Shown piece by piece: positions 14,175 to 29,100 of a DNA stretch of 64,000 bases. The notes under the pieces are model-generated. The model did no database searches. It worked only from the letters and a program-made list of their open reading frames with translations, and had not been told where the DNA came from. The translations under genes and the position numbers were made by a program. Each line of letters begins with the position of its first letter. The first letter of the stretch is position 1. This DNA is from Botryllus schlosseri (taxonomy: Eukaryota): contig CM119375.1 of NCBI GenBank assembly GCA_051294905.1, positions 26,102,001 through 26,166,000 of the forward strand, read 5' to 3'.

Positions 14175-17100
14175 ATCCCGACAACAATTCATCTACCTCG
14201 TCACTGACTGGCATCACGGGGCGCTACAAAAACAACCCGTCATTGCAAGGCTCCAGTGGCACGCTACCTACTGATAAGAAGACAGGTAACTTTGCATATC
14301 TATCATCGCCGCGTTATTAGCGTTTGATAATATAGTAGATTCCACTAATTGAAAACGATTGACAATCAATTTAGCATTTACGGTTTTGTTCGTCATATTA
14401 CTCCACTGAAATGTTGATGTCGTTTACTAAACGGTTTATTGTTCAAATCATTTCGTCCAAAAACTACATACTCAAGTGAATGAACATCACTGTGCTGATT
14501 ACTTCCTTTTCCAAAATTTATGTTGATTCACTTTCAATGGTCTCCTAAAGTGCAAAGAAAAGAACCTATTTCATGTAATAAAACGCATATACACCACTTT
14601 ACCGTGAACCGAGGTCACAGTCACTGTCATGGGATTTAGTAATAGACAGAGTTCATTGTTGCATCCTAATACCAAACCACAAAGGATTATTCTGAAGTGT
14701 CAGCATGCACCTTTATTTCACTGGCCGATTTATGTAATAATGTGTAATTGCAAATGATAAATTGTTGGGCAACATAAAATATCAGAAACATACCCTAATC
14801 TCATCAGCCTTAGATGACACTTGTGGTCACTCTTGTAGTGTGGTAACTAGTGTACTAGCTGACAAAATTGGAGATGTATTATTGACTGGTCAAATCGTGA
14901 TTGTAGTAGATGGGGAAATTTATTTTGAATTTTTTTCAGGCTTTTTGAAATGGCTATCTACAGGCAAGAAAAAAGGACCGAACAACAATTCAACTGCGAC
15001 GCTACCTCCGAAATCGCCCAAAACCCGCAAGGTATCGAAATAATTGTGGTCGGCTTATCTTATCTGTCATGTTTTCTTCATGAAAATTCTTCAATATTCG
15101 TTGCAATGTTTGTGTTACGCCTTGAAGTCAGGTCGGTCGTATTCTTGCTCAAAGGCAGCCTTGGTTAGGCAAATCAAAAAAATTGTACGATTTGATATAA
15201 ATGGTATGATGCAAATCTAGTCCTCTACGTAATATCAATGATGTTTGCTAACACCTAAAATATCTTCATTTCTAAAGGTCTGTGAATATCCAGGATGGTT
15301 CTTGGCAAAAAACAACGAAGAAAAGCCATCTTTGCCACTGTGTTCAATAAATTGATATTACGGCTTGTTCATGGTCTGCTATGCTATTCTGTAAGACCCA
15401 CGATATTATGATTTTGCAAAGGAATGATTGGAAGGAATTTGTAAATTCGTGTAGTACATGGGGCTTACGTCGACTGTTCGCCTTAATTATGTGTATTTTC
15501 GTATTTGCTGATAGAGTTGTTGGGATGCAATATTCTTTTCGATTCCGTACTAGTTGCTGACGATTACCCTTGACAAGTGTCAACCAAAATTATTCAGGTA
15601 TATTTCAATATGAACTTGAGCAATAAGTCAATTTTATGTCAAAATCTCTCTATGCTACGTTTCAAGCCAATGGCTGAAAATAATGGGACTTACTGTGATG
15701 TAAATATCAAAAGTAATCTAAACTAAGATCCCCCACAAAATGTTAGGTTACCGTACCCCTTCGCGTGTGATAAGCTACAGGTCATTTCCATTAAGAGAAA
15801 ATGTTTGGTGTAAATTCACAATTGCTAAATGTTATTTACACAACTTCGAGTACAGCGTTTGAAGGATAGATAGCCTATTCACCAAGCTTGGTTTCAACTT
15901 TCAACAGTCTATTTTTAGCAACTTGAAACTGTGAAATTTTCAGGATAAGAAGAATTCGTACGACGCCGATCCTGTCATCAAGGCGTCTTCTGTGACACAC
16001 CTCGTCGACCAGTCCGATGGCGACGACATCGAGTCTGCCCTGGCACTGCCACCAGCCATGCCAATCGTGGAGAACGTATTTTCGGAAAACGGCGTCAAGG
16101 TAAGTGGACGCAATCTAGGCTTGCCGCATATGGTGATAACATGGCAATCGTAGCAATTGGGATAATTCGGTGGTTAATTCTTTGGTAGTAGATCGGGATG
16201 CTTGTGAATACGTAACACGTAATCGTACATATATAATGATTATTCGAGTGTAAACAATCTGGCACGAAAGATCTATAATTTTTGAAGTGGTTCATTTTTG
16301 GGTCTAGTGTACTTTCTAATCCACGCCGAGACATGCTCCCCATGACATCACCAATCAGAGTTCCCTGTGAGTATGTCGAAATTGATGATGTTTCACATGA
16401 TCATTGTCTGTGTTTTCCACGAAACTGGGCTAGGCTAAGAGCAGTGTATCTAAATTTGGCGAACCCCAAATGTTCACCTAGTCACAAAGACAGAAATCTA
16501 CTGTATTACACAACTAACATTACCAATAGACTATTAGTGCACAAAATAAGCAGTGTATCAACAACGGTGTTAAAAGGGCAAAACAGCGAGTGTCTTGACC
16601 TCCATGGAACCCACCGTGCTCATGTGTAGCCCAGTTAAGAACCACTGATTTAGGCTTATGCACGCTCCTACGGTACCCTAACCCCGAACCACACACCAAT
16701 TATGAACGTGTGCGTGTGTTACATGTTCACTGGGAACGCTGGTTGGTGATGGTCATAGTGATCACTTCTCGATGTGCATAACGAAGTACACTGGGTCATA
16801 ATTCTTTTCGGTGTAATTTAATGTTATTTGTCTCTGTTGCCTGCTGCTGCCGTACTATGCTTGCATGGATCTGTCCTCTGTCTTTGTGTATATGCTCCGT
16901 TGACACACGCTCGTCGTTCTGTGACGTGACGTGTTTTCTGGCGATGCGTTTCCTCCACCCCGAACCCGAGCGTCTCCCCGTTCTCAATCTCCTGTTACCC
17001 TGCTAACCCCACAGGCGTTCGCAACGGAGTCGGTACGCTCTTCTGTCCAGGAACTAACAGACCCGTCTTTGACTCATTCGGAAGCGAAAGACTTTACCCG

Positions 17101-20100
17101 CGAGATGGAAGACATTCTCTGCCAGAAGTTTCCGGTACTGATTACGCTATCCGCGCCTTTGGAGCTTTAATCCTTTGTGTATAGCGAAGTGTTGCATGTT
17201 TGGTGTGGCTTTTTGCTTCTTGCTTGGTGATGGCTGCTTTCAATTTGGATGTGTTTGTTATTGAGTTTGTGATTTATTGCTTCGATATCTATGCCGCGTT
17301 TTTGTTTTAAATGATCATGATTTAGGTAGCTCAAAAATGTCGTCGATAATTCGACTCCGTCTTGGTAGAAATATCAGATTCTCTCGTGTGAGTTTGGTGA
17401 CCAAGATATTAATGTCAAGGTGTTGCTTTGATGTAAAATGATAGTAGATAAATAGACAATAAAAGATATATTGAAGAACTCCCGGTGATATCAGGTGGTT
17501 TGTAAATATGGACTGCGTTGCCAACAATTCATCAATGGCAATGGTGTTCAAGGCACATTTCTACGAAAAGGTCACTGAACCCATAAATGGCTGGAACAAA
17601 TCTGCCCCTAAAAGACTCTGATGGGATTTAGGATGCCAGAAACTTGAGTATAGATTGGCTGCTTCACCGATAAGCTCAGAAGACGCATGTTGCAGAATTC
17701 ATTTTATAGTATTAGCATCTTCGAATTTGATGAATGCCAATATTTTCAGAGCCTCAAGGATCATGGCGAAATAATATTTCAGTCTGGCCAACTAAAAATG
17801 TGGTAATTTGACAGAATATCGGTGTTCCTGACATTGTCAGTTTTCAAGCTATCGTGTTAAACGATCTAAGTGCGGAAAGTGTGAACACTTCAATGCTGAT
17901 GATATTAATCTCAGTTGACATCACAGTCACGGCACTCGAATCAATTATCTCGATAGCTCGCATTGAATAATTATACGTAGGCTTAACATTTATGAGTTAT
18001 TCTAAAACCTTTTCTCTCGTGGCAAGTTAAGAACCTGATCTAAACCATACTTTAAAATTGTGCGTCAGCAAGCAGGTATAAAATCGGTTACGCAGCTTTT
18101 GGTTAAGCAGCATGCCGCTGTGTCACAAACATGACTCTTGAAATCCCGGGCTAAAGACCACGGTATACTAATGAATTTGATGAACGCATGCACGTCCGCT
18201 ATTTAGTGATACTTTTGTTCGGCATATTACGGAATAATATTAGCAATTTTCTAATCTCCGTTTTTAACCAGTTTATGCGTGTGTGGCTTGTATTGCTGTG
18301 TTACGGTTGAAGCGTTTAAGTCCACAATTGCACAGATTCGTGTCTGCGCTATGCATTATTGTCTTCGGCTATACCTGACATAATTTCCTCCTCAATATGG
18401 TGTAAACTTATATTTATATTTTGATAATACCACGCTTTGTATTTTGTAGAATTCTGTGTCCATGACGTCGTTCAGCCGGTTAAGCATCAGTGGGACTGAC
18501 GATAACTCGACTAAAAATCCGGGGGCGAGGCAGAAAGAGGTACCTAGTTTTTGTTACCAATCTCGTAATTACATTCTAATTGCTGTTTAACCACGACAGG
18601 TAAAGGATAGCTCTTCCAGTGTGGATAAAGCGCAACCGCGGGATGTTACCGAAGAGGAAAGAAACGATAACATCACAAAACGTCAATACGTGATTATGGT
18701 GCGAAGATGAGATTTTGCTAGAAATGATTTTTTGTAGCGTAGTGCCAACATGTATCTGTCCAGAGAGATACTTCTGCATTTTTCTAGTACTGAACAGGTT
18801 TTCTGCGCTCATTTTATCGTTTTAAGTAGGTGTGAGGAAGATTGACAGACACCAGTTTATCCAGACTCCGGAAAAAGCTAATTATTCGAAAACTTTTTGA
18901 ACATATCAATTATTTTCACTTCCAAATATACAATTGAATAATCGGCTACCTTGGCCTACCTTGAAAACTATGTACTTGAGTAGCATTGGTGACGACTTTG
19001 AGACCATATATGTGAAGTATATTGTTTGCACTCGAGTCACTGTTGATCGTTTGGCAGTTTTACACTTTCAATTCCGTTTCCTTTTCGTCCCGGTTATTGC
19101 TTTTGTTCCAATAACTGCAACCTTGGTATTTTCGACGCAGGAATTGGTAGAGACAGAGAAAGACTATGTCCACGATCTCGGTGTGATTGTCAACGACTAC
19201 ATGTCCGAAACACTGACAAGAAAGCTTCCTGAACCAGATCAAGACAAGGGACGCGTGGTGTTTGGAAACGCGCAACAGCTTTACGACTGGCACAAAAAGT
19301 GAGTAGAGTTTGTTTCTGGCCAAAGATTTTTTGCGAATGTCCCAACAATTTGGTATGTTGCCTATCAAGTACAAACCACGATTTAGGACTTTGCTAATTG
19401 TGTGATGTTGTGCTATTAAATGCTTTGTATCAGGCTAGGTAAGGGGTAAATGTCTGGTTCAGTCGATAGACTTCATTTCTGTGTGACCTTATCAAGTATT
19501 CGTCATGTCTAATTATGGAAGTACTATCATTTTCTGTCTCCTAAATTGCTTTTAAACCTTGGAAAATCCTAATGCCGGTGATTTAAATGAAAATGTACAA
19601 ACTCCTTAGCAGTCTTCTACCTTGAAGTTGTCTCAGTTAGTCATGTTGCAATTGAGTCTGTGATGAGAATGAGCCTATTGCACTGTCACCCAAGTTATAG
19701 ATAACAATCAGGGCACTTTATGTCGAAGAAGCGTCAGTGTTTGGTGTAAACTGCAGTTTCTTCCATACCACATCCTGAAAGGTTTTGGGTCAAGTGCTGT
19801 CGTGTGATGCACTGTTATCAGTCGATCTATTCAGCCAGCTTTCGATGGTTAATTTGAAGACTTGCATTTTTATTTGTTCGAAGATAACTTCTAAAAGTAT
19901 TAAGAAATCTAATGATATCAGGGAATTCAGGTTGATTTTGATGTGCAATAGGTTGTTGTGGTGGTATATTTCCAATATAGAGACACAGGGCAACTGTCTT
20001 TAGGTCTCAAATATTGCTTGAATATAACTAATTATCTGTGTCAATACTGAAAATGGGTCCCTAGCAATCTCGATCTAAATCAGGATTTTTGATTCATTCC

Positions 20101-23100
20101 GACTATACAGTTTCAAAAGTAGACTGTTTTTGATAAAGGTTTCGAATGAACTTGCCTTCATCCTGTGTCTATGCGATGTGTCTGCTACTCCGCAGCATAT
20201 TTATATTAAATTTCAGTCTCCCATCCAATCATGTGATTATGGGGGACATGATCTGTTTATGCTTGACCGTAAATAGGATATTGTAGGTTCCGGATCTCGA
20301 ATATTCGACTCCAAATGAGATCCATATCTGATAAGTATTTCAATTTTATTTCACTGGATTTAATCATGATTCTGAACATTTCTGTGTTTCCATGCAGATC
20401 ATGCCTCTAAATTTAACCGTGGTCTCGAATTTCAGCACATTTTCAAAGGAAATTCAGAAATGTTTGGACCAGCCGGAACATATCGGATATATTTTCAAAA
20501 AATATGTAAGTTGAATGTGACCATTGATATCTCGAATTGTCCGTATGCAAAATTGGTGCTCTTCAACAGGAACGACGGTTGCATATGTACGTCACGTATT
20601 GCAGTAACAAGCCCTTGTCGGACTTTTTAGCGCAGAAGTACAAGCCGTTTTTCACCGAAATTCAAGACAAGTTTGGTCACAAACTGGGTATCGCCGATTA
20701 CTTGATCAAACCTGTGCAGAGGATCATGAAATACCAATTGCTGCTCAAGGTAACTGTATTGACAGTGGAAAAACCTGGTTGTGTTTAACCAAACTCTAAG
20801 ATACAATTGAATAATCTATTCACATTGATATAAACCCAAATGTTTTCGGATGATACTCTTCAGGGTTTATCGTCAGCAACGAGTAGAGACTTCGTTAGTT
20901 AAGGTTTTTCATTTCTATCATTCATGTGCCTCGGAGTCGAGTTTTATCAAAATACGTCAACTTAGTTCGTACTAAAAATAGTACAAAGTAATCATTTTGT
21001 TCGACTCAATTAGTTGCTGACGATTACCCCAGATGAGTGTTATTCAATTTTATATCGAGGTTCTGAGCGTACATGAAAGAGTCCCTCCAAATATCCTGAG
21101 ATATTGTTTTCTTTTTAGGATATTTTGAAATTCACGGACCGTGCCGGTTTGGACGCTATAAAGCTGACGGAAGCTTATAATGTCATGCAGGTCGTGCCAA
21201 AACACGCCAACGATATGATGACGGTCGCTAGAATGCAAGGATACAAAGTAAAATTGCGTTTGATTCCATAAAATACTTTTGATTTACAATGTTTTTAAAC
21301 AACTACAGGGCCGTCTGACTGCTCAAGGCAAGTTACTGCTGCAGCAAACGTTTTCTGTGAGAACGGAAGATGCCGAGAGCGGGTCTTTTGGCGTTTCCAG
21401 GGAACGTAAACTTTTCCTTTTCGAGCAAATCTTGATTTTTGCCGAACTCGTCGATAAGAAGAATGAGGAACGGGGCTTCACTTATAAGAACAGGTACGCA
21501 CAAATTGCACGGTTCTGTCCTCATGTTGTAGCTGTAATAAGCAAAGAAATTCCCAACCCATTTCCACGCGTAAATTCAATTTTGCAAAAAACATGTCATT
21601 GAAACCCGGTAAATAAAAATCAACGCATCTACCGGTTCGCATTTCAGCATCAAATCCAGCAGTTTAATTCTGAGCGAAGTGGTGCAGAACCTGTCGCAGT
21701 TTAAACTGCGCGACAGCTCCGAGTCGTCGGAGATTTACGAGCTGACCGCCGACACCGAAGACACGGCCTCTGTCTGGATCGAGCAGATAAGGACGCTGCT
21801 GGAGAATCAGAGGGACTTTGTGAAAGGTGAGTTGATCCGGCCGATGTTTTCTGGTCTGGTGTTCCCGCATATGGCCGAAGGCTGGGCTATGTCGAGCCGT
21901 TCCGTCCCCGACTTCGATTGCATGCGGAATACCCAATCGTTTTATCTGTATCACCAAGGTTTGCGCTATTTCTTTCAGCTCTGCAAGCGCCTATTCTTTA
22001 TCAGCAAAAGCTGTCTCCCGCGCATTCCATCAACAATAATAATAATAACAACAACAATGGAATCACTTTCAATTCCGGTAAGCGAGTTTTGATTGGGATT
22101 GTCCATGATCTTCCAACTTTTTTTCGGATTATACGACACACTAACCCTGGTGTAGCAATGATATATTGTTATATACGGCGCTGTGTAAATTTCCGCGGAG
22201 CAATTTGGGCGCTTCTTCGATATACGCCTGAGATCAAAACAGTGCTCCCCATGACACCCGTAAATGTTTCCCCATGAACACGATAAAATTTTATAAACGT
22301 CAAAATATTTTTTTTTGTATTTGAACAGACGGATATTAGGGTTGGAGGCAGACTTGGACAACTAGATAATTCTAGTTGTCTAATTTCACTAAATTAGAGC
22401 GAAATGCCAGTAATCTAATTCTAATCTAATTTATGAAAGCTGAAAATTTTCTAGTTGTCCAAGTATATATGCCTAGTTGTCTAATTTCACTAAATTAGAT
22501 CGAAATGCTGTTAATCTAATTCTAATCTAATTTGAAAAAGTTGAAAATGTTCTAGTTGTCCAAGTCTGGTTGGGGGAATGGAGATATTGGTGTTGGATTT
22601 GGGTTAGGGTCAAGGTCGGAGTTAGGGTATGCCAAGATCACGGTTGGGGGAGGGGGTATTAGGGAAGAGAAAGGAGGGATATTAGTGTTGGATGTGGGTT
22701 AGGTTCAAAGTTGGGGTTAGGGTATCCCAAGATTAGAGTTGGGGGAGAGGGGGATATTAGGGTTGGGGGAGGGGGATATTAGGGTTGGGGGAGGGGGGTA
22801 ATAAGGTTGGATGTGGGTTGGGTATAAGGTTGGGGTCAAAGTTTAGGTTAAGTTATCCCTAACCCACATCCAACCCCCTCCCCCAACCGTAATATTGGGA
22901 AACCCTAACCTCAACTTTGACCCTAACCCACATCCAACTCTAAGACCCCCCTCCCCAACCCTAATCCCCCTTCCCCAAACCTAATCTTGGGATACCCCAA
23001 CCTCAACTTTGACCCTAACCCACATCCAACTCTTATACCCCTCCCCCAACCCTAATATCCCCCTTCCCCAACCCTAATCTTAGGATACCCTAACCCCAAC

Positions 23101-26100
23101 TTTGACCCTAACCCACATCCAACCCTAATATCCCTCCTTCCTCTTCCCTAATACCCCCAACCGTAATCTTGGGATACCCTAACCCTAACCCACCTCTCCA
23201 ACCCTAATATATGTCTCTCCAAAGACAAAAAACAATTTATTTTGACGTTTATAAAATTGTATCGTGCTCATGGGAAGCACTTGCTGGTGTTACGTGAAGC
23301 ACTGTTTCGATCTCAGGCGTATATCGAAGAAGCGCCGCAATTTGCACCCTATGGAAAGTGTCGAGATTGAAATCAACGTTATGGACTTTCAGTATCAAAG
23401 TATAGGCCTATTTGTTATTCAAGGGCAATGATATTAAATGTTGATTTTTTGCCCAAATCTCAAACTTTGCCGTTTCCGTTGCAGCACCATCATCTCCACC
23501 CCGTAACAAGCCCCGCGGTAATTTAAACTGCGCAACGGGTGGTGAGGGGGGCCAGGCACCGCCTACCCCCACGAGCGTCGTGTCATCTCTATCCGACGAA
23601 ATATCGAACGCTCTGGCATCGCGAAGCCCCATCTCGTCCGATGCGTCCTCACCACCGTGGTCAAAACAAAATTCAGAACAACAAAAGACTGCCGGCCCGG
23701 CTCCCGTGCCGCAAGCGCACTGTGACAAATTTACTTTTAAAACAGCGCCGGTCGTGACTCAAAACGGGGTAGTGAAGCTGCCCCCGTTGACTTCCCCAAC
23801 CATTTCAATGACCGGGGCACCTGCCACGTGGAATCTCCATAATTGCGACGATGGGAAGTGCCCCGACAAAAACCGGGTCAGCTCTCCCGATACTCCCGCA
23901 GACGATCCGTTAAGGAGGAGAATTTCGTCTGAGAATGTGTTTCAAGACGACTCCGTGAATACGGCCCAAAACGGTAACCCCGGCCTGTCCCACAATACGT
24001 CTATCACCACCGATCCCAGTACTTTGTCTCCTGGTCGGTCACCTCTAAAAGGCATTGATCAACGCTCTGCCGATTCTTCGAGTGTCGCAGGTGATTTTAA
24101 TTTTTTTGCTCGTGTACAAGTATATACAGGGTTGCCATACCGTCCTTCTTTCTTCTGAGAGCTGTCATTGTTTTGAAGGGCTATATCTCATACAACTATA
24201 TTTTCAATTCTACACTGGTTTGCTGCGTCGACCGAAAATATTCTTGTTTATTTCAATACAAATATAATATTCGATAGTATATTGAAGTTCTCTACCTCCA
24301 AGGAGTCTGTGTATTGTCCTTATTTCTCAGATCTGACGTTATTTTTGACTTATGTCTGTATTTTGTATGTAATTACGGCATGCTTTCGTGTGCGTGTTTT
24401 GATATGAGTCGCCTACTCGTGACGCATTTTCCCTCATCCCATGCTCCAGTGTCATTGATGTTCTTTTGCATATTGCATATGATTCATTCTAACATCAAAA
24501 CATTGATACCCCGATCGCAAGACGTTTTTACATAGTGTCATCAGTACGAAATCATTGACTACAGCGGAGTGAAAATCCTTTCACCGACGCTCATTGTTAA
24601 TGTGTCTGTGCTTCATTTATTGTAATCCTTTATCGCAGATTCAGAAACGTCATCTCATATCTCTGCGAAAAAGTCCTCGAAGGACGCCAAGAAACCGTCC
24701 AAAGACGCAAAGAAAAATTCAAAATCTGGCGAGAAGGATTTGGAAAGGCGTAGGGGCCGGGCCAAGCACCGTCGGCTGCCTGGTTTTTTCTTGAAACGCA
24801 GTAAAACTGCCGACGCGCGTTCGGAAAGCAACAATGTCGACAGCAGTGTCACGGAATCGAAACGATGCCCTTCGCCTGAGATTTGCGTCAGAGAGAAAGC
24901 GTACGTGTCAGATGACGATGTTGTCACCGATGCACCGCCCAAAATGAATCCGATACCGAAAATCGAAGCAATCAGGTACGATTGAATTTTGTCACTATAT
25001 TCGCTAGGGTTGTTCAAATATAACTGTGTTTTCCGAAATAAAACAAAGATTTCAAATTATATTTGTATTACATTGTTGAGTTGTCTACAAAAACGCTGCG
25101 AAACAAATTTGACGCAATTCCGCCCCGTAGAAGCGAAGTTATATGAGTTTTTCATTCGTAATTCTGACATTACCCATCGTTCAAGATATTTTTGCGAATC
25201 CAAAAATTTCAACTGCAATAACATCTACCCGTTCGAAGTGAGCGAGAATTGGTTAGAAACTTAGCATCGTTATTTTAGACAATTTAACAAACTTTCATGG
25301 TGATGACAGTAAAATTTGAAAAATTTTTTGTCATTTTTTTATAATATATTCGAAAATTTCTCAAACTCCTGTGCGTTCACATCTGCCGGTTAGTGTGCAG
25401 CGTTTTTTTAGGCGACCTTACAATGTAATCAGTGAATCCCTGGAATTCGGAGCAAAAAAAGATTATTTTGGAACAACTGAAGTACAAAGTGGATTTTATT
25501 TTGTAGTACTTTCAAGTTGAATTGTAGGCTGGCGGTACTGAACCTTTATATGAATGATAAATAGTATCATCTGTAGCGTAATATGGGGTAAAAGGAGAGT
25601 GATTTTCTTTTCCTATTTCAGAACGAATGAATTTCGCTCGAGATTGCATCTTATGTTGTAACTGTTTACTGAAAATTTATGTCGGCTTGACTCACAGCGT
25701 GATATTGGAATTTAAACTATGGAGTGAAATTTTACTGAGAAATGTCTGACAAAAATAGAGGGCAAATCTTTTTTGGCTTTCTCTGTATCTGTGCCAAGAA
25801 CAATTGACCTCCGGTCAAACCTTTGCAAAAACTTATATCCGTCAGCTCAATGAATTATTATTATTTGCTTGATAAACACTAGAATTTACCCACTCAGTGT
25901 TGTGATATTTGCTCATCAGTAACCTATTGTGTATAACAAGTCATTGAAGGCATCACCAATGATTGTTTTTTTTGCATAAAGACAACAACGCATCTTATAT
26001 GCATCATTGTTTGTATTTGTTATACGTTTGTGAGGTCAACGATTTATGTTTCGCCTTTGAAAAATGTAAGACACATTTCTCCTCCCCACAGAATGGACAC

Positions 26101-29100
26101 TTCAAACGGCGTGCTGCCGGGGTCTGCGTCGAGATCATCTTTGGAAAGCAACCTGTCCCGGTCCAACGCAGTGTCGGACTTGCAGAGAAGGGGTAGCGGC
26201 AGTGGAAGCATCGGATCTCCGGGTCTGAAGGAATCGTTTTGGCTTTCTCCACTGTCTCCTGCCGTTAAACCCGGGGCTTTGGACTTCAGCTATACGAATT
26301 CAGCGTCGGATATATCGAGGTAATTAATTGCATGGTCGCCATTGCTGACATGGACGCATTTTTGTCTACTGTATCATTATCAAAAGTCTGGTCAAATAGC
26401 GTAATTATGATTGTCTCATATTGAATAAAAGGCCAACGTTTTTTTTTACTTTTCAGACAGTGCAGCCTCAATGACACCCCGGATGGAACTAGTGACGATC
26501 CCGTTAGCAAACGACAAGATGAAAAGGTGAGATCGAATGGCATGTTTCAATTTATATCTGGGCCTTGTTATTTTCTATTCTTGAGCAACGAAAGGTATGA
26601 ATGCAAAAGTTTTTGATATGCGAACAGTAACTGCAATCGTGTAGTCCTGTAGCATAAATTGAATCATACTGGTCTGAGTGTATTGCACGCATAGGTGGCC
26701 AGTGTGAAAGTGCTTACTTTTTGCAGTACTTGAGTACGGTAGGTTCAGTGTACCTGAGTACTGAGTAATTATGTTTTTTACTACTACTTGTACTTCTGGT
26801 CTAATAATAACGAAAAATACATCAACCACCTCTAGGCACTCGCCAAGATGAGCAAAGTATGCAAAACCAGTAGAATGTATCAGTTGTTAATTACTAGATT
26901 CCAGGCTTCCAGAATTCTAGTTATCGTTTTAACGAGACACACGATTATTTTGTGTTCAGGAAAACGGTATCGTGTCCATGCTGGCGGCTAGCGATTACGC
27001 CGCTCAAAAAGAGGACGAGATATCCATCAAGCAAGGCGACGTACTGCAGATATTAGCGACCAACAGCGAAGGTTTGTGATCGTTTTTTTCTCCGGTATTT
27101 ACACCACTTGGTATTGAAGTTAACCTGATTATTTCGGCCCGTGTTTTCAATTCTCTACTAGTTACTGACCATTGACCCTGACGAGTGTCTGCCGAAAATA
27201 TTTGTATATATAATTCAATTGTGCGTTCTGTTGTTGAATGCATTCTGTGCATTCAATAGTTCTGTACCTACAAGAGTCTCCTATTTACGCAATGTTCTTG
27301 AATTTTATCAGGAAAATGCCTGGTGCACCGTCCGTCCTCGAAAAACTGTCCCGCCGCCGAGGGCTGGATACCAGGCGAAGTGATGGGACACACCGGCAAC
27401 ACGTTGCGCCGCCCGTCCAAGCGAGCGTCCTTGACTTCCATGGACAACGCCAGGGAATTCGAGACCATGACGCCGCGGTCCAGTCACAAGTTAAAAGGGC
27501 GCAGACGCTTACGGAAATTGTCCAGCAAGACCTTGTCGGCCGCGCAGTCCTTGCCCAGCCTTGTCGACACCCCTGAAGACGCAGACACGGTGTCGGTGAC
27601 GTCGACACCTACCAGGAAAGGTTCTGTCGATGGCGGAAGGTGGGTTAATACTTGGAAGAGTGAATCTACGGTTTTCAGATATTGGTATTTCAAGGTTGCT
27701 AGTGAGTTTGCTGTTAATATATAACACTGGTCAACACATATTTTTCGGCAGACAAAGTAAGAGTGATTTTGGGGGTTCTGAATGGCACTGATTCCAAATA
27801 TGACCTTGTTTTTTTTTCAAATTGGCTCTATTTTTTGAGATAATCCATGGGGCTATTTTGACTAAAATCTCGTATTTTCGCTGTATGGGCTGGATAAAAA
27901 AAATCGGCTCAGTCGTACTATATAGTGAATTATCTATTTATGCGCAGGATAAAAGTAGAAAAATTCGAGATTTACTTTCTACCAAGTGAAATATTCAAGG
28001 GTAAATACAGTGATTTTAAGCTTTTTTAGGGGTATAAATATCTTCTTTTCTAGAGCCAATCTGGCAAAACTAATATGATGTTCGTAATCCGCAACCTCGA
28101 AAACCTCAGAAACGGTTCTCAGATGTTCTGCCAATTTTTTTTCCATTTTGTTGACCAGTGTAATTAGTTACGGTATTATTATCAAACCCCGGCTGATATT
28201 TATTCGATATAATTTGAAAGATCTGGCATCTAGCTCGTATCATTAAATGCTTCAAAAATGATGTCGATGTGTTTTTACTAAAAGTGCGTCATTCCAATTC
28301 AGCAGGTCAAGTTGGGCGTCTTTGCGGATCAGAAAATCCAGTTCGTCTCGAAAAGCGTCGACCAAATCCGAATCCAATCAGGTGAGAGCCTCGTCGTTTG
28401 TGAAGCTTGAAAATTTCAAATTGAATATGGCGACACCAACATATTGCGTTAGTGGTATCGGTTTTGTGATCTTAACCTACTTCTGCAGGACTTATACACC
28501 GACAGCGAACTACCGTTTTTCCAAACGCAATTAATTGCTGTCACCGCGCGCGAAGGTAACGCTGTCGAACTGAGGTGCCAAGTTTGTGGCAAGCCGAGAC
28601 CAGACGTAACTTGGAAAACTACGAATAATAACATGCTACATGGCGCGAGGTAAGGTTGTTTGTATGTGTTGTGCTAGGCGACGGCAACATAGCGTAAAGG
28701 TAGAGTGGCTATCTTCTTGGTCTTGTGTTGAATCTCTTGGTCAGATTTGATAACAAAACGGGTTTCAGAAGCTACCCCGCTAGGCGATCAGCACTTTTGG
28801 ATCGTGTGGAGACTAAAAATTGTCATGCTGACTTGATAATGAACTAACAGTTTATTTGCATCTCCATCGATCAAGCACTGCAATGGTGCTGACGAAAGTC
28901 AAATATGATCGCATCACGTCATTGATTAACCAAATTGCTTTTTGATCACACAGTACATCCAGCCCGACGATTTTTACAACCTGGCGTAATTAAAATGTCG
29001 TTTGATTTCGATTTCTCGCAGATTCGTCACGTCCTATTCTAAAGACAACGAAGCGGTGTTGAAAATCAGCAAGACGCAACTTCGAGACACGGGACAGTAT

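Noticed and set aside
22570-23215. (TTAGGG)-like to (CCCTAA)-like polarity switch resembling a telomere-telomere chromosome fusion site
   Set aside because: It lies inside an intron of an intact, phase-continuous gene, is built of ~90-bp complex units rather than hexamer arrays, and is bounded by inverted ends. A foldback transposon explains it better.
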